From Sumerlaeia bacterium (GTDB lineage: Bacteria > Sumerlaeota > Sumerlaeia > SLMS01 > JAHLLQ01), in the NCBI GenBank assembly GCA_040219255.1, contig JAVJSW010000046.1:32001-96000 (forward strand): a stretch of 64,000 nucleotides of DNA, in the 5' to 3' direction. The position numbers and the translations under genes are program-made. The notes beneath the pieces are model-generated. The model ran no database searches, was not told the DNA's origin, and saw nothing but the letters and a program-made list of their open reading frames with translations. Positions 59,234 to 64,000 of this stretch are shown here, piece after piece; position 1 is the first letter of the stretch; every line of letters starts with the position of its first letter.

Positions 59234-60853
59234 ATGTCCCGAGAAATCACTCTTTTGCCCGATTCCGCCGCCAGCGTTCTGCGCTGGGTGGCTTTTGGGA
59301 TTCTGGCGGCGGTGATCGGGCTCGCCCCGGCGATCTTCTGGCCCATTGGCGAGGGCGGTTCGCCCAGCGTTTCTCCGCCGCTCCAGCTCGCCAAGTCCGG
59401 CCTCATCCGCTACGGGGGAGCCGCGATTCTGCTGGTTTGCGCCGCGCTCCTGGTTGGGGACCCTCTCCGCCATTGGCTGCGGGCCCGGCTCGGGGTCCTG
59501 CTGCTGGCCGCGCTTCTCCTCTGGGCGGGCTTTTCCATTTTGCTCTCGCCCAACAGCGGACTCTCCCTGAACCAGTACCTCAACCAGGCCATGCTGATCG
59601 CCGTGGCTGCGCTGACGCCGCTTTTCCTGCGCACGGGCCGCCAAGTCTGGGTCCTCCTCGCCTGCTCCCTCGCCGGGTCTGTTGTCGTGGCCGCCGTCGT
59701 CTGGCTCGCGGTTGCGGGGTTCACTTCGATCACCCAACCGATCTACGGCAGCGATCCCCTCGCCATGCTCGAACAAGGCGCCGACCTCGCCGGGTCCCTC
59801 GAAGGCGGTCGGGGCCGTGCCGCGGCGATTTCCACCCTTGGCAATCCGGAATACACCGGCTCGTTTCTCGCCGCCGCGTTCCTGCTGGCCGGATGTCTGG
59901 CGATGGACGGCTGGGGCAGCCGGCGGGCCCATCGCTGGGGCTTCTGGGCGGGGCTGCTGCTCATGGCCTTTCTCGGCGGTGCCGCTCTCCTCAGCGAATC
60001 GCGCACGGTGGCCGTCATCGTCGCCGCTGGATTGCTCGCCCGCTGGCTGCTGTCCACTTCGTTCCGCGGAGTGACAATTGTTTCTGTTTTGTCTATTTTA
60101 GCCGTCAGTGGCGTCTTGATGGGGCCGGCGGCGGTCCTTGTGCCAGGGTCTCTCATTCTTTTCGCGGCGGTGGTGATCGAATACCGCCGCGGCCATCTGA
60201 ACGAGAACTGGACGCGGCTCGATGCCCGCATTCGCAAGCTCTTCCTCTTCGCCCCTGTCGTGCTGCTGCTCGGCCTGCTGGCTGTCGCCACCGTCAGCCC
60301 CCTGCGCGTGCGGGCCGTGCGCTACGCCAGCCGCTTCGCCGAGTCCGATTCCAGCGACCGCAGCGTCCGCATGCGCCTCGTGCTGTTCATGCTCGCTGGC
60401 GAGATGGCCCTCCAGGACCCGGTCTTCGGCGCCGGGCCGGGGTTCTATGGGCCGCGCTATTTTCCCGCGCTCGACGATGTCGTGCGCTCCGACGCGAGCG
60501 GGACCATGGCCTTCGCCCGCCTGGACGCCCGCACGTGGTTCGGCAAGCAAGCGCACAACGATTTCCTCCAGATGGCCGCCGAACTCGGCGTGCCCTATCT
60601 GGCGCTGTTCCTCGCGCTCCTGACCTGGGTGTTCTGGCGGCTCTCGCGGATCGCCCGGGCACCAAGCCCTGACGCGTTTCTTGCTGGCCTTGCGCGGGCC
60701 CTCGCCGTTACCCTTGTCGGTTACATGGCGATGATGCTGAGCAGCTTTCCCCTCGACGAAGGCGCCCGCACCGCCACCTTCTGGGGACTCGTGGCCGCCG
60801 CCGTGGGTCTCATCGCCATCGCGGCCGAGCAATCCGAAGCCCCGCCCGCCTGA
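59234..60853 (+). CDS. O-antigen ligase/Wzy_C family membrane protein
   Basis: Multi-TM; STLGNP, SESR, R..L...PVFGAGPG, AHNDFLQMAAELG. Confidence 0.85.
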   Translation: MSREITLLPDSAASVLRWVAFGILAAVIGLAPAIFWPIGEGGSPSVSPPLQLAKSGLIRYGGAAILLVCAALLVGDPLRHWLRARLGVLLLAALLLWAGFSILLSPNSGLSLNQYLNQAMLIAVAALTPLFLRTGRQVWVLLACSLAGSVVVAAVVWLAVAGFTSITQPIYGSDPLAMLEQGADLAGSLEGGRGRAAAISTLGNPEYTGSFLAAAFLLAGCLAMDGWGSRRAHRWGFWAGLLLMAFLGGAALLSESRTVAVIVAAGLLARWLLSTSFRGVTIVSVLSILAVSGVLMGPAAVLVPGSLILFAAVVIEYRRGHLNENWTRLDARIRKLFLFAPVVLLLGLLAVATVSPLRVRAVRYASRFAESDSSDRSVRMRLVLFMLAGEMALQDPVFGAGPGFYGPRYFPALDDVVRSDASGTMAFARLDARTWFGKQAHNDFLQMAAELGVPYLALFLALLTWVFWRLSRIARAPSPDAFLAGLARALAVTLVGYMAMMLSSFPLDEGARTATFWGLVAAAVGLIAIAAEQSEAPPA

Positions 60854-60886
60854 CTTTCCATCCCCCAAGGAGACAGCCCACCGGCC

Positions 60887-62395
60887 ATGTCCTTTCCCAA
60901 AGCCATCCTTCGCGTTCTTCTCATCGCGGCGCCTTTCGCGCTCCTCTCAGCCTGCGCCAGCAAGCAAGCCTACGAAACCGCCGCTCCCTCCCTCAAACTC
61001 GATGGTCCCCGCACCGTCAAGGCTCCCAAGAACGTCATCTTTTTCATCGGCGATGGCATGTCGCCCAATCACCTCGACGCCGCCAACGCCTTCCTCGGCG
61101 CGCCGCTGACGTTGTACGATTTCCCGGTGCGGCTCCACTGCTCGACCTACTTCCATGGCGCCGATTACGACTCGCGGGATTACTGGACCAATTACGGTTA
61201 CGCCATCGACGAAAACGCCGACGGGGAAAAAGTCCCCGACGCGGAAAAGAACGTCGTCGATTCCGCCGCCTCCGCCACGGCGATTTCCACCGGCTTCAAG
61301 ACCGACAACGGCAAGATCGGCATGGGTCCCGAGCCCGGCCGCGCCCGCCTGCCCCACCTCGGCCGCGACGCCCGCGCCCTGGGCAAGGCCTATGGCGTGG
61401 TGACCTCAGTGCCCTTCAACCACGCCACCCCCGCCAGCTTCATCGCCTACAATGAATCGCGCGGCAACTATCAGGAAATCGGCACGGAAATGATCAACTC
61501 CGGCGCCACCGTCATTCTCGGCGCCGGCCACCCCATGTTCGACGGCGATGGTCTGCCCAGCGGCTTCCCCCGCTACCGCTATATCAAGCCCTTCGACTAC
61601 GAGCGTCTCTCGGAAGGCCGCTCCCGGTGGACCTATATCGAGGAAACGCCCCAGTTCGAGTACCTTGCCAACTACGACAATCCCACACCGAAGAAGCTCT
61701 TCGGCCTCGTGCCCGTCGAATCCACGCTGCAGCAAGGCCGCACCCGCGCCCCCCGTGAAGAAGGCGAAGTCGCCGAAGTCTACGAGGACCCGCTCACCGA
61801 AGGCCTGCCCGATCTCGCAACCCTCACCAAAGCGGCTCTCAATACCCTGGAGGAGGACCCGGAAGGCTTCTTCCTGATGGTCGAAGGCGGCGCCATCGAC
61901 TGGGCCAGCCATGCCAACGATACGCCTCGCATGATCGAGGAAATGATCGACTTCGACCGCGCCATCGCCGCCGCCCTCGATTGGGCCGAGAACCGCAATC
62001 CCGGCGGCCTGGACGATACCCTGATCGTCATCACCGCCGATCACGACTGCGGATACCCCACCGGCACCGGTTCCGGCCGCCGCGGGAACGGCCCCGACAT
62101 CTGGTACCCGGTCATCAGCCAGGGTATCGGCAAAGTCCCCGCCCTCCAATGGGGCTCCACCTACCACGCCAACAGCCTCGTGCCCTTCCTGGCCATCGGC
62201 GCCGGATCGGAAGTTTTCTACGATTTCGCCGACCAGTATGACATCCGCCAGGGCGCCTACCTGGATCACACCGATATCCCCACCGCGGTCCGCATGATGT
62301 GGCAGGCCAAGTACGGCCTTGAAATCCCCGAACCCACCTACCCGGTAATCCGCCCCGCAGAGCCCGAAGACGAGGAAGAAACCCCCGCCGCCTGA
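60887..62395 (+). CDS. phoA: Alkaline phosphatase (PhoA family) lipoprotein
   Basis: Lipobox LSAC; IGDGM, DSAASATA, HATPA, EGGAIDWASH, TADHD. Confidence 0.9.
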   Translation: MSFPKAILRVLLIAAPFALLSACASKQAYETAAPSLKLDGPRTVKAPKNVIFFIGDGMSPNHLDAANAFLGAPLTLYDFPVRLHCSTYFHGADYDSRDYWTNYGYAIDENADGEKVPDAEKNVVDSAASATAISTGFKTDNGKIGMGPEPGRARLPHLGRDARALGKAYGVVTSVPFNHATPASFIAYNESRGNYQEIGTEMINSGATVILGAGHPMFDGDGLPSGFPRYRYIKPFDYERLSEGRSRWTYIEETPQFEYLANYDNPTPKKLFGLVPVESTLQQGRTRAPREEGEVAEVYEDPLTEGLPDLATLTKAALNTLEEDPEGFFLMVEGGAIDWASHANDTPRMIEEMIDFDRAIAAALDWAENRNPGGLDDTLIVITADHDCGYPTGTGSGRRGNGPDIWYPVISQGIGKVPALQWGSTYHANSLVPFLAIGAGSEVFYDFADQYDIRQGAYLDHTDIPTAVRMMWQAKYGLEIPEPTYPVIRPAEPEDEEETPAA

Positions 62396-62422
62396 GGCGT
62401 TCGCGGCCGGGCGGGTTGTCTT

Positions 62423-62437
62423 TGATAATCATTCTCA
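62423..62437. promoter_or_regulatory. Fur-family operator (7-1-7)
   Basis: TGATAAT-C-ATTCTCA, one mismatch from TGATAATnATTATCA; AT-rich island upstream of a metal-binding SBP gene. Confidence 0.8.
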
Positions 62438-62445
62438 CTTGGGGG

Positions 62446-62474
62446 TTGACTTGCGGTGCACCGGTCCCTAGCGT
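62446..62474 (+). promoter_or_regulatory. Sigma70-type promoter
   Basis: TTGACT (62446-62451), 17-nt spacer, TAGCGT (62469-62474). Confidence 0.6.
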
Positions 62475-62511
62475 CCGCCCCAGTTCTCTACCGGGGTGGT
62501 CTCCGAGCGTG

Positions 62512-63465
62512 ATGCGTCTTTTCTCAATTCTTCTTCTCAGTCTTCTTCTGGCGGCTTCCTCCGCCGCCGAGCCGCTGCGCGTCGTGACTTCGACGCCGAT
62601 CCTCGAGGACATGGTCCGCCAGATCGGCGGCAACCGGGTCCACGTCACCTCGCTTGTGCCCAGAGGCCTTTCCATCCACAGTTTCCGGCCCGCCCCCGAT
62701 GACGTCCGCCGCGTCCAAGACGCCGACTTGATCGTCATCAACGGCCTCGGGTTGGAAGGCTGGATGGAAAAACTGATCCGCAACAGCAGCGAGCAGGCTC
62801 CCGTCATCGAAGCCGCCGCCCGCGTCACGCCCCTCCATTCCATGGGCGGCCACGATCACGACGAGCACGACGCCCATGGCCACGCCGAGCACGACCCCAA
62901 CCACGAGGGGCACAGCGAAACCTGCCTGGGCCATGGCCCCCACGATCCCCACGCTTGGCTCGATGTGTCGCGCGTTCAACTCTATGTGGAAGAAATCCGG
63001 GACGCCCTCGTTCATGCCGACCCCGCAGGAGCCGAAACCTACGAGGCTCTCGGCGAGTTCTACCTTTTTCAGCTTCGCCTGCTCGACCGGTGGATTCGCA
63101 AACAACTCGCCGTCATCCCGCCGGAAGACCGCGTCATTCTGGTTTCCCACAATTCCCTGTCTTACTTCGAGGAAGCCTACGGCATGACGACCCTCCCCAT
63201 CCTCGGCTTCTCCGGCGCCGAAGACTCGGACCCGAAGCGCCTTGCCGAACTCACCGAGCGCATCGGCTCCGAAAAAATCCGCCTCGCCGCCTACGGCGCG
63301 GGAGAAAATACCCGCCTCCTCGATCAACTCGTCGAGGGCACGGACCTCAAGACCGTCGGCCCCCTCAACTTCGACACGCTCGGTCCGGCCGATTCCGCCG
63401 AAGGCACCTACATCGGCATGATGACCAACAGCGTCATGACGCTGGTCCAGGCCCTGAAGGACTGA
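62512..63465 (+). CDS. Zn/Mn/Fe ABC transporter substrate-binding protein (cluster A-I, TroA/ZnuA family)
   Basis: Signal peptide; VVTST, SIHSF, NGLGLEGW, His-rich loop, DPHAW, SHNSL, FDTL. Confidence 0.92.
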   Translation: MRLFSILLLSLLLAASSAAEPLRVVTSTPILEDMVRQIGGNRVHVTSLVPRGLSIHSFRPAPDDVRRVQDADLIVINGLGLEGWMEKLIRNSSEQAPVIEAAARVTPLHSMGGHDHDEHDAHGHAEHDPNHEGHSETCLGHGPHDPHAWLDVSRVQLYVEEIRDALVHADPAGAETYEALGEFYLFQLRLLDRWIRKQLAVIPPEDRVILVSHNSLSYFEEAYGMTTLPILGFSGAEDSDPKRLAELTERIGSEKIRLAAYGAGENTRLLDQLVEGTDLKTVGPLNFDTLGPADSAEGTYIGMMTNSVMTLVQALKD

Positions 63466-63466
63466 G

Positions 63467-63934
63467 ATGCCACACCCCATGCGAGGATCGGCTTTCACTA
63501 CGTCATGGATCACGCGAGCCTCCGCCGCGCTGTTCGTGATCGCCGCGATGGGAGCCTGTATCGTCTGGGCCGAGCGCTCCGCCCACCAGAATTCGGCCTC
63601 GTCCTCCCCCCCTACGGCTCCTGCTTCCCAAACCTCGGAAAGCCGCATCACCATCCAATCCACCACCCCCATCGATCGCTGGCGCGTTATCGCCGGGGGA
63701 GCGGAACTCCAGCCCATCCAGTCCTCCGCCTCGACCTGGACAACGACCGCGGCCTTGTCCTTACAGCCAGCGACCGAATTGCTGATCGAAGCCGACCCGG
63801 CGGACATTTTCAGCGAAAGCCCGCAAGCCCTGCGCGTTCAATGGTCCGCAGGCGGCACAAGGCGCGAGGTCACCCTATGGGGCGAGGGCTTCCTCGGCGG
63901 CCCCGTCCGCTGGCAAGAGGCCCCCGCGCCGTGA
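63467..63934 (+). CDS. Membrane-anchored hypothetical protein within the metal ABC operon
   Basis: Starts 1 nt after the SBP stop; N-terminal TM helix; stop overlaps the next GTG. Confidence 0.6.
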   Translation: MPHPMRGSAFTTSWITRASAALFVIAAMGACIVWAERSAHQNSASSSPPTAPASQTSESRITIQSTTPIDRWRVIAGGAELQPIQSSASTWTTTAALSLQPATELLIEADPADIFSESPQALRVQWSAGGTRREVTLWGEGFLGGPVRWQEAPAP

Positions 63935-64000
63935 TCCTCCACACCTCCGCCGACCATCGCTGCGACCACCATCACGAAATCCTCCGCCTGGAAAGCGTCA
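63931..64000 (+). CDS. Partial CDS, probably the metal ABC ATPase
   Basis: GTGA overlap; MILHTSADHRCDHHHEILRLESV, a His-rich N-terminus followed by an ATPase-like first strand. Identity is from context only. Confidence 0.45.
   Translation, partial: MILHTSADHRCDHHHEILRLESV

Overview
GC-rich (roughly 65-68%, by eye) bacterial chromosomal window. Gene style and the C-terminal motif of one secreted protein tentatively suggest Candidatus Sumerlaeota (BRC1) or a PVC-like lineage; this is inference, not verified. Recognisable genes include two tandem Hsp20s, a phosphohexomutase, gluconokinase, an RND/MFP pair, a Tat-signal aldo/keto reductase, sucC, a stand-alone rpsN, a C25 (gingipain-like) peptidase, a TIGR03032-like protein, katG, SulP, a CaCA antiporter, addA, a CPA2-EIIA fusion, ppc, uvrA, an LptD-like protein, an O-antigen-ligase-like protein, PhoA and a Fur-boxed metal ABC operon. 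No rRNA, tRNA, CRISPR array, transposase or integrase was seen. Two things stand out. (1) A family of intergenic fold-back elements built from 9/10-nt RC(A/G)GAT units occurs as four clear copies (29.6, 31.0, 32.7, 37.0 kb) plus degenerate arms (51.6, 56.0-56.3 kb). Three copies share an identical reciprocal-bulge register, separate genes one or two at a time, and bracket a lower-GC paralogue pair, which looks like a cassette array. A 51-bp direct repeat brackets the adjacent sulP-antiporter block. (2) A five-gene MacB/FtsX-type ABC export operon with Cys motifs is headed by a Cys-rich signal-peptide ORF carrying an RGPP ribosome-arrest-like motif, a candidate metal- or secretion-sensing translational switch.
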